Positions 18,323-28,798 are shown, numbered from the stretch's first letter. The stretch: 64,000 nucleotides of DNA from an uncultured delta proteobacterium (GCA_963769935.1 CAVYNY010000014.1:84392-148391), one strand, 5' to 3'. Notes: generated by a model not told the origin, from the letters alone. A program made the numbers and translations.

Positions 18323-19942
18323 TCAGGAAATTCGCCGGATGGCCAGCAGGGTGATATCATCAAACTGGACGGCTTCTCCGATATGGGCTTGCAGATTTTC
18401 GGCGATACGACCAAGCAACTCAGCCGCTGTGGATGACGGCCTATCTAAGAGCAGCGCTAAACGGGCCCTGGTGAAAAATGTCCCGTCCCCGGCCTCGGCT
18501 TCCGTCGCACCATCGGTGTATCCCAGAAGGATGTCTCCCGGCTCCAGATGAATTTGCCGGATCCTGAAATCAATTTTTGGCTGGACGCCCACCGCCGGAC
18601 CGGTGGCAGTGAGCTGCGCTTTTACACCGCCGCCTGGTTTTATAACCAACAGCGGTTCATGCCCCCCGTTTATGTAGCTTAACGAACCTGCAGCCGGGTT
18701 CAGTATCCCGAAAAACAGGGTGGCAAACATGGCAAGCTCGCCGTGGTTCAAGGCGATGTAGTTGTTGGTGAGCTGCACGGCTTTAAGGGCCTTGCGGTGG
18801 GCCGGATCTATGTCTGAATTACCCGAAGGCACTTCAGGCTCATCGGACATATCGTCACTGCAGGTAAGGGGCAATCCATTCAATGAAGTTTGACCCGAAA
18901 ATATGCGGATCAGGCTGCGGAAAAGCGCCATAAAAAGGGCCGCCCCAACCCCCTTGTCACACACATCGGCAACCACCAGTCCGATAGAACCTCCCGGGAG
19001 CTGGAAAACATCATAAAAATCGCCGGCTACCTGGCGGGCGGGCTTGAAGAAAGCCGCGGTTTCCCAGCCCGGCACCTGCAGCAGTTGATTCGGTAAAAAA
19101 TTAATCTGCATCTGGCGGCCTTTTTCCAGTTCATGGTTGAGGACCCGGGAGTAAGCTTCAACCTGCTGAAAGCTTTGCTGCAATTCCTGCTCGGCTTTTT
19201 TTCGCTTGTTAATGGCATCCGATATTTGCCGGTACATCAGGCGAAACGCTCCGATGACCTCCCCCAGCTCGTCATGGCGTTGAACCGTGGCCGAATAAAA
19301 TTCAGGTGTTTGCTGGTCTTTGCTGAGCGCTTCACCGGCTCGAATCAGATCGTTTCTCAAGTTCAGGACGGGATTGACAACGATCCAACGCAGCGGCAGC
19401 CATGTACCTACGGTCACGACCAGGGAGATGATGACCACCAGTCCGGCTATCCGCAAAAAATAGGCCAGCAATTCCTGCTTGATGGAAGATGAATCATGGC
19501 GCAGGATCAAACGATAGTCTCTTTGCAATTCCACCGGAGAACAGGCGATGTCATAGCGGGATCCATCCCGGCTTAAAAGAAAGGTCATACCGGCAGAGTT
19601 GACATCGGTAATCGAAAGCTCGGGCATCTCACCGAAAGCGCCGATTTTCTTGCCGTCGGATGTGTAAAAGGCGCCGCCGACCACAACCTTGCCATCGTAA
19701 AGCTGTTTGATGTGATTAAAGAGCACTTCATTGGACACATCCGGTTCGACAATCTGCATAAGAAATGCAACCCGCGCAGCGGAAAGTTCTTTCATTTGCA
19801 CCAGCAGCTCTTTTTTTCGCTGCTTATAGGAGGGGATGAAAATAAGAGCTTCAATTAAAATAACGCTGATGAAGACCCAGAACACAATGCGTCGTGTCAG
19901 ACGGGATACCTTGAGGTGCGATTTCCGTGTGTGCAGCATCAC
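18323..19942 (-). CDS. Membrane HAMP + PP2C (SpoIIE) phosphatase
   Basis: Two TMs; HAMP (DELGEVIGAF); VAGDFYD, VADVCDKG, NGGHEP, YTDGATEA and DDITLL motifs. Confidence 0.9.
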   Translation of the reverse strand: MMLHTRKSHLKVSRLTRRIVFWVFISVILIEALIFIPSYKQRKKELLVQMKELSAARVAFLMQIVEPDVSNEVLFNHIKQLYDGKVVVGGAFYTSDGKKIGAFGEMPELSITDVNSAGMTFLLSRDGSRYDIACSPVELQRDYRLILRHDSSSIKQELLAYFLRIAGLVVIISLVVTVGTWLPLRWIVVNPVLNLRNDLIRAGEALSKDQQTPEFYSATVQRHDELGEVIGAFRLMYRQISDAINKRKKAEQELQQSFQQVEAYSRVLNHELEKGRQMQINFLPNQLLQVPGWETAAFFKPARQVAGDFYDVFQLPGGSIGLVVADVCDKGVGAALFMALFRSLIRIFSGQTSLNGLPLTCSDDMSDEPEVPSGNSDIDPAHRKALKAVQLTNNYIALNHGELAMFATLFFGILNPAAGSLSYINGGHEPLLVIKPGGGVKAQLTATGPAVGVQPKIDFRIRQIHLEPGDILLGYTDGATEAEAGDGTFFTRARLALLLDRPSSTAAELLGRIAENLQAHIGEAVQFDDITLLAIRRIS

Positions 19943-20239
19943 CCTTTCTCCTGGATCTTTCCGCTGATTTTTTTTTGACTATCGCTGAAAACCCCAGCTG
20001 AATCGGCGCTGATCTATTTGGGTTAAAAGAGTGTAGTAACCATTGATGCCGTTGTCAAATTAGACTAATTAGAGACTGCGCCGGTATTAAGCCTTAAAGG
20101 CGGGAGCGTTGGAATCAATTCGGGCGCAGGGTGCTTTTGCTTTCAAGAAGCATGCGGTGATGAATTGGTATTCATATGTCCCCAAATCAACCCATCAACC
20201 AGTCAAATATTCAACCATGACTCATCAGGAGGCATTGCT

Positions 20240-20539
20240 ATGCTTAAAAAATTGACTGAAAAACTGTTCGGCAAAAATACGGCCGGCTCAGCATCGGATG
20301 GCTTTTTCCTGAATGTGCGCTGCAGCGACTGTGGCGAAGAGTTCAAACTTTTTATAAATAAGTCCTATGAGCTGATGCAGAATTTCGAAGAAAACGGCGG
20401 CGTCACCTATGTCTTGAAAAAAGAGGTCTTCGGGGTGGGCTGTAAAAATCGTATCCAGGTGAACATGAAATTTGACGGCCGTAAAAAATTGGTGTCAAAA
20501 AAAATTGGAAACGGAGAGTTTATCGAAGATGAACAGTAA
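20240..20539 (+). CDS. Small hypothetical protein with CxxC...C motif
   Basis: AGGAGG RBS; VRCSDCGE and GVGCKN. Confidence 0.7.
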   Translation: MLKKLTEKLFGKNTAGSASDGFFLNVRCSDCGEEFKLFINKSYELMQNFEENGGVTYVLKKEVFGVGCKNRIQVNMKFDGRKKLVSKKIGNGEFIEDEQ

Positions 20540-20805
20540 TTTTTTCCTGTATTGATCAATTGACTTCCATTTTAGCCGGCTCGCGGCGGCAAACCTTCCG
20601 AAAACCGGCGGCCGCATTATCAGCCCGGCCACGCCCACCGGTGTCAGGCCCGATAGCTTCCCTGCCGGACGAACGGCTCACAGGCAAGGCCGCATCATGC
20701 CTTAAAATTTCAAAATAAAAAAGCAGGCAACTATTAAAAGAATTGTAAAAAAAATTGCGGCAACCAGGACCCTATCTAACTTAAAGGTATGAATTGGGGG
20801 GGGGA

Positions 20806-21327
20806 CTATAGCTCAAAAATATATGTTACCGGTCCATTGCCGTTGTTAAGCACCTGGTATTTAATTTTGCCGCAATTGGACAGTGCCCCCTCAACATTTG
20901 GGGCCTGATCGGAAGAAACCGTATATCCCCCTTTCACTTTTAATCCCGGCGCTGCAACCGGCAAATCATATGTTATACCAATATTTGAAACATAATCCGG
21001 AATTTGCCCTCTAATGATGATTCCATGCCCGCCGACATCAGGATCAAGCATTCCGGCGCTCTCAAGGTCCAGAATGTCCTGTCGCACCTTGGCGAAGGCA
21101 TCGCTGTCATTGGGCTGTTTTTTCCGCCAGCTGGCTGATGACGGCGGCTCATCGGGGGACTTTATTTCCCCGATTACCACGACATCGTCCTTCACCGCAA
21201 TGTAGTCCGGCTTCCACCTGTGCCGGCTGGTTTTACCTTTAATATCGGCTTCGCCGTCGAAATATTCATAACCGGCGGTGATCAATGATTCTTTAACTTT
21301 TGGATAAAATTCTTTTTTCCCGCTCAT
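20806..21327 (-). CDS. Putative PD-(D/E)XK nuclease-fold protein
   Basis: WKPDYIAVKDDVVVIGEIKSP motif; GAGGAG RBS. Confidence 0.6.
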   Translation of the reverse strand: MSGKKEFYPKVKESLITAGYEYFDGEADIKGKTSRHRWKPDYIAVKDDVVVIGEIKSPDEPPSSASWRKKQPNDSDAFAKVRQDILDLESAGMLDPDVGGHGIIIRGQIPDYVSNIGITYDLPVAAPGLKVKGGYTVSSDQAPNVEGALSNCGKIKYQVLNNGNGPVTYIFEL

Positions 21328-21813
21328 TATTCACTCCTCGATAGATTATTTACCACATCCTAAAATAATGGTCCAGCAACCTGTGAATTTATCCTATTAT
21401 CGGCAGATAATTCAGTGTCCTAAAATGGAATTTTGATAATGACCGGATCGATCAAAAAAAATTGCCGACAAATCATTACAATTGAATATGCCTGACATGG
21501 AATTCCACAGGTTTTATGTTTTCGTATCCAACAACGGGGCTGTAAAACGAGGAAAATAAGATGAAACCGGGCCCAACTAGGGTATGGGACCCGGCATTTA
21601 TCAGCCGGCCTGGCGCCGAAGAAAAGCTTAAATCTCAGGACAAATTAATTCACCGGCGGCGGTTGCGCGCCGTTTGGGGGTGAGCGTTTTGACAATGTTT
21701 TAACAAACGCCGTCGGTGGTTATAAGCGCGGGAGGGCGGGCAGGAGTGGATCGATCCGTCCCCAACCCGTCACAGCGGATGGGACCATTCCAATGGAAAA
21801 TCGAATGATTCCG

Positions 21814-22005
21814 CTAATGCTCAAAACTGATTTTTTTGTTGGGATTCAACAAATTCTGGTAGCAGACATCACATATTATGTGCTGATCACCGCATATCCA
21901 CTCCGCAGCAGATCGCAGCTCACGGTGACACGAACCGCATCTGATCAGCTCGGCGTTGGCAGTTTCAGCCGGCATCCTTTCATCCAGGGCTTTTTCGGTA
22001 TCCAT
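21814..22005 (-). CDS. Small zinc-finger-like protein (CxxC...CxxC)
   Basis: CGSC...ICDVC; GGAGGG RBS; sigma54 promoter upstream. Confidence 0.65.
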   Translation of the reverse strand: MDTEKALDERMPAETANAELIRCGSCHRELRSAAEWICGDQHIICDVCYQNLLNPNKKISFEH

Positions 22006-22055
22006 ATCCCCTCCCCTTTAAGCAATTTTAACCGCAGACCTCCTATTAATATAAA

Positions 22056-22124
22056 TGCAACTATCCTGCCACATGCCGGCGATCCCGCATTAAAATTTAA
22101 ATTTTTTATAATATCAATTAGTTA
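22056..22124 (-). promoter_or_regulatory. Sigma54 promoter (22056-22071) with IHF site (22112-22124)
   Basis: Minus strand TGGCAGGATAGTTGCA fits GG-N10-GC; TATCAATTAGTTA matches the IHF consensus WATCAANNNNTTR. Confidence 0.75.
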
Positions 22125-22349
22125 CAATAAAAAATATTCTGCCGGCCCCTTGGGTTTGCAGCGCTAAATTTTACATATATGTATAATAGACCGGTCAAAT
22201 CAAACAAAATTGTAACTTTGTAGGGACTTCGTACAGTTTTGTTTTGGCTTTTGACAGCCTGCAGAATTTATAATATGGTGCAGTATTGTAAGGGTTCATT
22301 GTTCAAAAGTATTAATTTATGTCATTATTGTCTAAATCGGTAAGTACAC

Positions 22350-22916
22350 ATGCAGGAAATTCGTTTTCACGGTCGCGGCGGACAGGGAACGGTGGTGGCT
22401 TCAATTTTGCTGGCCAAAGCCTTCTTCAGTGCCGGCTATTATGTGCAGACTTTTCCGGTCTTCGGCGTGGAAAGACGGGGAGCGCCGGTAGAAGCCTATT
22501 TGAGGCTGGACCAGGAAAAAATCCTGATCCGTTGCAACGTATACACCCCGGACCATGTGGTGGTGCAGGACGTCAAGCTTTTAGAAAATATAAATGTCAC
22601 CGGCGGACTTAAACCGGGCGGCTGGATTCTGCTGAATGCCCCGCAGCGAAGCGAAAACCTGGCGTCTTTTTCCGGTTTCCGCCTGGCCTGGGTGGATGCC
22701 ACGCGAATAGCCGTCCGAAACCAATTGGGTACCCGCACCCACCCGATTATCAACACGGCCATGGTCGGCGCCTTTGCCCGCATAATGGCGATACCGCCCC
22801 TGGGCATGATTTCCGCAGCCATCAAAGAAGACATTCACATCAGAGCGGAGCAAAATATTCAAGCCTGCCGGGAAGCGTACGAAAACGTGCAGATTTACGG
22901 GCTGGTGAACTCATAG
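22350..22916 (+). CDS. porC: 2-oxoacid:acceptor oxidoreductase gamma subunit
   Basis: EIRFHGRGGQG, FGVERRGAPV and INTAMVGAF motifs. Confidence 0.9.
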   Translation: MQEIRFHGRGGQGTVVASILLAKAFFSAGYYVQTFPVFGVERRGAPVEAYLRLDQEKILIRCNVYTPDHVVVQDVKLLENINVTGGLKPGGWILLNAPQRSENLASFSGFRLAWVDATRIAVRNQLGTRTHPIINTAMVGAFARIMAIPPLGMISAAIKEDIHIRAEQNIQACREAYENVQIYGLVNS

Positions 22917-22932
22917 AGTCGGGAATTAAACC

Positions 22933-24687
22933 ATGCAAGACGCAGCATTTAAACAACTCCCCTTGTTCATTCCGCACTCCAGCACTTCCACCGCGCAGAA
23001 CAAAACCGGGTCCTGGCGCTTTTTCCATCCCAAGTATGATGAAAAAACCGCACCCTGCAGTTCGGCCTGTCCGCTGGGACAGGATATCGCCCGCATCGAG
23101 ATGCTGGCATCAGGGGGATTGTTCCAGGACGCCTGGCATAAAATTATAGAGGAAAATCCTTTTCCGGCAGTCTGCGGGCGGGTGTGTTTTCACCCGTGCG
23201 AAGGGGCCTGCAACCGCAGTACATTGGATGACCCCATCGCCATCCATAATCTTGAACGTTTTCTGGGAGATGCGGCGATCTCACAGGAGCGAACACCGGA
23301 TTTCACCCTGCAGCCGGCGCGGGGCAAAAAGGTGGCCATTGCCGGAGCCGGCCCGGCCGGCTTATCAGCCGCCTATTTTCTGAGGCAGCTGGGATATGCC
23401 TGCGATGTGTTTGAAGCCGCCGCCGAACCCGGCGGTCTGCTGCGGATGGGAATTCCAACCTACCGGTTGCCGCGTGATATTCTCGACCATGAAATCAAAA
23501 GGATTGAGGATCTGGGTGTTAACATTTTCTGCCGGACACCGGTAACGGTGAATAGGCTTGAAAAGATACACCTGGAATATGATGCCCTCTTTATCGGCTG
23601 CGGTTGCGCACGGTCCATTGCGCTTAAAATAGAAGGTGGGCATCTGGCCTGCGACGGACTGGATTTTCTGCGCCGGCTGCAACGGGAAGAAATGGTCTCT
23701 TTCAGCGGCAGAGCCGCCGTTATCGGCGGCGGCAACACCGCTGTCGATGTTGCCCGCGCCCTGGCGCGCCTGGGCGCCTCCCCGTTGATTGTGTATCGCC
23801 GTCGGCTTGACGACATGCCGGCTTTCGACCCGGAGGTTAAGATGGCCCTCGATGAAGGCGTGGAAATAATGGAACTGGCGGCTCCCGTTCGGATCGAGGA
23901 AAATCAAGCCGATTTATCTTCCTCCGGGACCAATTACACCCTCACCCTGCAGCAAATGAAAATCAACTCCGGGAAGATCGGCGGCCGCGCGCAGGCCATA
24001 CCGGATGGCGAAAAAACAAGGGCCATCCAGGTCCAGGGTATCTTTGTTGCCATTGGTGCCGAGGCCGATTCCCGCTGGAATCTTCCGGCAGCGGGTCGAG
24101 AGGGGACCCTTTTCTTAAGCCACTGTCAACTTAGCCGACGGAAAATTCCTTACATATTCGGAGGGGATCTCAGCAGTCCGGTTAAAAGTGTCGCCGATGC
24201 CATTGCATCGGGCAAACAGGCTGCCCTAACCCTGGATACATATTTTGAAAAAGGTTTAAAGGCGGTCGAACCCCGCCTGGCCGCCTGCCGGGTAGGCCCC
24301 GGACCGGCGCTTTGCATGAATGCCTATCTGGGTGGGGAGCGCCGCAGCCGCAATGCGCAAATTGTTTCCAATGACCAAATCGTCATGGATTATTTCCGGA
24401 CTGCCCCACGGGTGACCCCGGCCTCGCTTGATGCCGGCCGGCGCCGCCGGTCTTTTGCGGAAATCGAATCTGCGCTGAGCAGCGATGCGGCCCAAGAAGA
24501 AGCCGCACGCTGTTTTAATTGCGGCACCTGCAACGCCTGTGATTACTGCCGGCTTTACTGTCCCGAAATGGCAGTCAAAGTAGAAAAGGCGCAGCGCTCG
24601 ATCGACATGGACTACTGCAAAGGTTGCGGGGTGTGTGTAACCGAATGTCCGCGCAATGCCATGGCGCTGGAGGAGGAAATCCAATGA
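22933..24687 (+). CDS. GltD-like FAD/NAD(P) oxidoreductase fused to POR delta (2x[4Fe-4S]) subunit
   Basis: NKTGSWR, PCSSACP, CGRVCFHPCEGAC, GAGPAG, GGGNTAVD; C-terminal CNACDYCRLYCP and YCKGCGVCVTECP. Confidence 0.9.
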   Translation: MQDAAFKQLPLFIPHSSTSTAQNKTGSWRFFHPKYDEKTAPCSSACPLGQDIARIEMLASGGLFQDAWHKIIEENPFPAVCGRVCFHPCEGACNRSTLDDPIAIHNLERFLGDAAISQERTPDFTLQPARGKKVAIAGAGPAGLSAAYFLRQLGYACDVFEAAAEPGGLLRMGIPTYRLPRDILDHEIKRIEDLGVNIFCRTPVTVNRLEKIHLEYDALFIGCGCARSIALKIEGGHLACDGLDFLRRLQREEMVSFSGRAAVIGGGNTAVDVARALARLGASPLIVYRRRLDDMPAFDPEVKMALDEGVEIMELAAPVRIEENQADLSSSGTNYTLTLQQMKINSGKIGGRAQAIPDGEKTRAIQVQGIFVAIGAEADSRWNLPAAGREGTLFLSHCQLSRRKIPYIFGGDLSSPVKSVADAIASGKQAALTLDTYFEKGLKAVEPRLAACRVGPGPALCMNAYLGGERRSRNAQIVSNDQIVMDYFRTAPRVTPASLDAGRRRRSFAEIESALSSDAAQEEAARCFNCGTCNACDYCRLYCPEMAVKVEKAQRSIDMDYCKGCGVCVTECPRNAMALEEEIQ

Positions 24688-25862
24688 AAAAAGTCATCGA
24701 GGGCAGCCAGGCGGTATCGGAAGCCGCCCGTCTGGCCAGAGTTCAGGTGATTGCCGCCTACCCCATCACACCCCAGACCCACATCGTGGAAGCCTTGTCC
24801 GAATACTGTTCAAACGGAACGTTAAATGCGCGTTTCATCAACGTGGAAAGCGAACACTCGGCCATGGCGGCCGTCGTCGGTGCTTCCAGCGGCGGCGCCC
24901 GGGTATTTACGGCATCTTCCTCCCATGGTTTGGCCTACATGCACGAAATGCTGCACTGGGCATCGGCGGCCAGGCTGCCCATCGTAATGGCCGAAGTCAA
25001 CCGGGCTCTCGGACCGGGCTGGAACATATGGACCGATCAGACCGACAGTCTTGCCCAACGGGACACCGGCTGGATCCAGCTTTACTGCGAGGACGGCCAG
25101 GAAGCGCTGGACACCACTCTGCTGGCATTTCGATTGGCGGAAACACTGAATTTGCCGGTAATGGTGGTCCTGGACGCATTCTTTCTTTCCCATACGTACG
25201 AACCCATCGATGTTCCGGAGCAGGTGCAGGTGGATCGTTTTCTGCCGCCCCCCGACTTGCGGCTCCGGCTGGATACGGCCAAACCCTGTGCCTTTAATCA
25301 GCTGGTCACGCCTGCCGCCTACATGGAAATGCGTTACAACACCCAGTTGGCCATGGCGGAAGCCGAGCGGCGCCTGGAACAAATTGAAAAAGAATTTGAA
25401 TCCGTCTTTAATAGAAAATACGGCCCGCTGGAAGCAATTCACTGCGAGGATGCCGAGATCATCATCGTTACTACCGGGACGGTCACCGGCACCTGCCGCC
25501 TGGTCCTGGCGCAGCTTCGTGCGCGGGGTGAAAACGTCGGTCTATTGAAAATCAAGATGTTTCGACCATTTCCGGCGGATCTCATTTGCCGGCATCTCGG
25601 ATCCGCCCGGAAAATCGCGGTGGTTGACCGCAATTTCTCATTCGGCGCCGCTGGAATTTTCGCCCAGGAAATTCGCGCGGCCCTGTGCCGCCTTGCTACG
25701 CCCCCGCGGGTTTTCGGCTATGTGGCCGGCCTGGGCGGACGCGATATAACCCCGCAAACGCTGATGGAAATCTTCACGACAACTAAAAACCAATCGGCTC
25801 CCGCGGAGGAAAGCATCTGGATCGGACTTAATCAGGAGATTGTCGAATCATGGCGCAACTGA
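24684..25862 (+). CDS. porA: 2-oxoacid:acceptor oxidoreductase alpha subunit
   Basis: AAYPITPQT, VESEHSA, FRPFP and GLGGRD; ATG overlaps the upstream stop after GGAGG. Confidence 0.9.
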   Translation: MKKVIEGSQAVSEAARLARVQVIAAYPITPQTHIVEALSEYCSNGTLNARFINVESEHSAMAAVVGASSGGARVFTASSSHGLAYMHEMLHWASAARLPIVMAEVNRALGPGWNIWTDQTDSLAQRDTGWIQLYCEDGQEALDTTLLAFRLAETLNLPVMVVLDAFFLSHTYEPIDVPEQVQVDRFLPPPDLRLRLDTAKPCAFNQLVTPAAYMEMRYNTQLAMAEAERRLEQIEKEFESVFNRKYGPLEAIHCEDAEIIIVTTGTVTGTCRLVLAQLRARGENVGLLKIKMFRPFPADLICRHLGSARKIAVVDRNFSFGAAGIFAQEIRAALCRLATPPRVFGYVAGLGGRDITPQTLMEIFTTTKNQSAPAEESIWIGLNQEIVESWRN

Positions 25863-25970
25863 GTCGAACTCAACCGCGCTCGGCCTCGCAATCGAAACGA
25901 TGGAATTAAAGTGAAGAATCCCGGCCCAGAGAACCAGGTTTTCAATGTTGGAATATACAATGAGGCGCCT

Positions 25971-26879
25971 ATGAATTATAGCAATTCACAAACTTCAGGC
26001 CACCATGATCTGATGAACCCCGGACATCTGGGATGCCCCGGCTGCGGTGCGACCATTGCCATGAAGTTTGCGCTGCAGGCGTTGGGCGCCAAGACCATGG
26101 TGGTAATCCCGGCCTGCTGCTGGGGTGTTATCGCCGGCCCTTATCCCCAGAGCGCCTTGAACGTCCCGGTTTTGCAGACGGCATTTGCCACGGCCGGTGC
26201 AGTTGCCAGCGGACTGCGGGCGGCCCTGGACATGCGCGGCGACACAGAGACTACCGTTCTTTCATGGGCCGGCGACGGAGGTACATTTGACATCGGCTTT
26301 CAGTCTTTGAGCGGGGCGGTGGAACGTAACGAAGACTGCATTTTTGTGTGCTATGACAACGAAGCCTACATGAACACCGGCGTACAGCGCTCCTCAGCCA
26401 CCCCCTACGGCACCCGAACAACCACCACCCCGGCCGATAACTGGAAAAAGACCGGCAAAAAGAACATGGTTGAAGCCTTGGCGGCCCACCGTATTCCCTA
26501 TGCCGCCACCGCCAGTATCGGCTATCCGGAAGATATGATCCGCAAGTTTGAAAAAGCCGGACAGCTGAAAGGCGGCTCAAGATTTCTGCATGTGCTTGCC
26601 CCGTGCCCTACGGGCTGGCGCATCGGATCTGAAATGTCGGTAAAAATAGCCCGGCTTGCGGTGCAAACCAATGTATTCCCTTTGTATGAAGTCAGCGGCG
26701 GCCTTAAATACGATCTGAACTTCGAAGGGGATCGCCGGGTCGGAGAGTACCTGACCGCCCAGGGCCGGTTTAAACATCTGACGGATGCGGATAGCGATCG
26801 GATACAGCAGATGGTGGATGCCGAATGGAATTTGCTGTTGCGAAAGGCCGCAGCACCCGAAGCACGCAACCCGCAATAA
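25971..26879 (+). CDS. porB: 2-oxoacid:acceptor oxidoreductase beta (TPP-binding) subunit
   Basis: CPGCG, GDGG...YDNEAYMNTGVQRS and PCPTGW; start at 25971 or 26013. Confidence 0.9.
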   Translation: MNYSNSQTSGHHDLMNPGHLGCPGCGATIAMKFALQALGAKTMVVIPACCWGVIAGPYPQSALNVPVLQTAFATAGAVASGLRAALDMRGDTETTVLSWAGDGGTFDIGFQSLSGAVERNEDCIFVCYDNEAYMNTGVQRSSATPYGTRTTTTPADNWKKTGKKNMVEALAAHRIPYAATASIGYPEDMIRKFEKAGQLKGGSRFLHVLAPCPTGWRIGSEMSVKIARLAVQTNVFPLYEVSGGLKYDLNFEGDRRVGEYLTAQGRFKHLTDADSDRIQQMVDAEWNLLLRKAAAPEARNPQ

Positions 26880-27056
26880 ATTGAAGATTGAAGATTGAAA
26901 ATTTAATTTTCTGTGTTAAAATGAGACGCACACAAGATATGAATTCGATCTGAATTTGGCAACAGCTCGCCCCAGGTGGGCAACCATATTAATTCAAAAG
27001 GAATGGACGCTGTGGAGTCCTTCTCTTATTACTCCAATTTGAAAGGAATAGCATCA

Positions 27057-28046
27057 ATGAAATTTGCGCCAAGCAAGCGACTTTTTCAAATCGCTGCAAT
27101 ATTTGTCGGTATTTTGATTTTTCTGCCAGCCCTGGCTGAAGAAGGCAAGCCTGCCGATACTGCTAAAAAAATTGCCGTCATAAACGGAGTCGTTATTTCC
27201 CAGGGGCAATTCAACAAAGAGTTAACGATTCATCTTGATCGATTCTCCAGGCAGGGCCAGCAGGTGTCCGATACCCAGATGGCGGAGCTTAAAAAGAATG
27301 TATTGGACGGTCTGATCGAGCGCGAGGTGCTCTACCAGCAAAGCGGGAAAGCCGGCATTAAAATTACCGATCAGGCGGTTGACGAACAACTGGCGGCTAT
27401 CAAGAAACGGTTTCCCAGCGAGGAAGAATATAAAAAAGCTTTGAGCGCTATGAATCTGACCGAGGATGAGGTTAAATCACAGATTGCGCGCGGACTGGCC
27501 ATCCGGGAATTGATTAATCAAGAGATCATGAACAAAATTACAATCTCCGATGAGGAAAGCAAAGCTTACTATGATGCCAATCCCCAATTGTTCAAGCAGC
27601 CCGAACAGGTAAAAGCCAGTCACATATTGATCAAGGTTGAACCCGACGCCACGGATGCGCAAAAGGCTGAAGCACGCAAAAAAATCAACGATGTTCAGCA
27701 AAAAATAAAAAACGGCGGTGACTTCGCCGAACTTGCCAAACAGTACTCGGAAGGTCCCAGCAATGTCCGGGGCGGCGACCTGGGTTATTTCAGCCGCGGA
27801 CAAATGGTTAAGCCTTTCGAAGATACGGCCTTTGCCATGCAGCCCAATGAGGTCAGCGATGTGGTCGAGACCCGCTTCGGGTACCATCTCATAAAAGTTT
27901 ATGACAAAAAGCCGGAACAAACGGTGGCTTACGCCGATGCGAAAGAAAAAATCGTCCAGCGCCTGAAACAGGAAAAAGCTGAAAAAGAAGCCGCTCAGTA
28001 TGTCGAACAGCTGAAAAAGGATGCCAAAATAGAAACATTTTTATAA
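27057..28046 (+). CDS. PpiC/parvulin peptidyl-prolyl isomerase (SurA/PrsA-like)
   Basis: Signal peptide; ASHILIK, FAELAKQYSEGPS, GGDLGYF and TRFGYHLI. Confidence 0.9.
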   Translation: MKFAPSKRLFQIAAIFVGILIFLPALAEEGKPADTAKKIAVINGVVISQGQFNKELTIHLDRFSRQGQQVSDTQMAELKKNVLDGLIEREVLYQQSGKAGIKITDQAVDEQLAAIKKRFPSEEEYKKALSAMNLTEDEVKSQIARGLAIRELINQEIMNKITISDEESKAYYDANPQLFKQPEQVKASHILIKVEPDATDAQKAEARKKINDVQQKIKNGGDFAELAKQYSEGPSNVRGGDLGYFSRGQMVKPFEDTAFAMQPNEVSDVVETRFGYHLIKVYDKKPEQTVAYADAKEKIVQRLKQEKAEKEAAQYVEQLKKDAKIETFL

Positions 28047-28685
28047 ATGGGCGTCGCTTCCAATCAGAAACACCCGACTGGTATATCCATTGATGGTATT
28101 GTCATCATATCGATTTATATCGCCGCACAACTGCTGTCCGATATTGCCAGTCTAAAAATCACGTTGATCGCCGGCTTCAGCATGGATGCCGGCACTTTCA
28201 TCTATCCCGTGACGTTCACCATCCGGGATCTGGTTCACAAGCGACTCGGCATAACGGCTGCCCGAACTGTAATTATTCTGGCGGCGGCCATCAATCTTTT
28301 CATGGCCGTATTTTTTCACTTCGTCGCCTGGCTGCCCCAGGATCCCGCCTGGGGTCTGGGGCATGAATTTGCTGCCATCCTGGGGCCGGTATGGCGCATT
28401 GTCATCGCCAGCATTGTGGCCGAGGTCTTTGGCGAACTGATCGACACCGAGGTATACCATCTGTGGGAAAGCCGCATCACAAAAAAATACCAGTGGATGC
28501 GGGTTCTGTCCAGCAACGCCGTCAGCATTCCCGTCGACAGCCTGATTTTCTGCTGGGGCGCCTTCGGCTTTGTACTGCCGCATGCGGTCGTCTGGTCCAT
28601 TTTCTGGGCCAATGTGATTGTAAAAGGCGTGGTGACGCTTTTCAGCCTGCCTTCGATCTATTTAGTTAGGGATAAGCCGGGTTAG
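28047..28685 (+). CDS. yhhQ: Queuosine precursor transporter (VUT/YhhQ family)
   Basis: Six TMs; GTFIYPVTFTIRD, RIVIAS and RVLSSNAVSIPVDSLIF motifs. Confidence 0.8.
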   Translation: MGVASNQKHPTGISIDGIVIISIYIAAQLLSDIASLKITLIAGFSMDAGTFIYPVTFTIRDLVHKRLGITAARTVIILAAAINLFMAVFFHFVAWLPQDPAWGLGHEFAAILGPVWRIVIASIVAEVFGELIDTEVYHLWESRITKKYQWMRVLSSNAVSIPVDSLIFCWGAFGFVLPHAVVWSIFWANVIVKGVVTLFSLPSIYLVRDKPG

Positions 28686-28765
28686 AGGTTCAAAGGTTTG
28701 GGGCTTCGCCCTTCGGGCTGCGGCCCCCACCGGCAGGGTTCAGAGGTTCAGGGTTCAAAGTTTGG
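28684..28765. repeat. Heptamer tandem repeats (gttcaga/gttcagg type) around a GC hairpin
   Basis: agaggttcaaaggttt...gggcttcgcccttcgggctgcggccccc...cagggttcagaggttcagggttcaaagttt. Confidence 0.6.
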
Positions 28766-28798
28766 AGACTGCTCCGAAACCCTCGTGTGAAACTACCT

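Noticed and set aside
20586..20660. c-di-GMP-I riboswitch (ggcaaacc...cgaaa...)
   Set aside because: The P2 stem does not pair, the GACGCAAA motif is missing, and the site lies between convergent genes.
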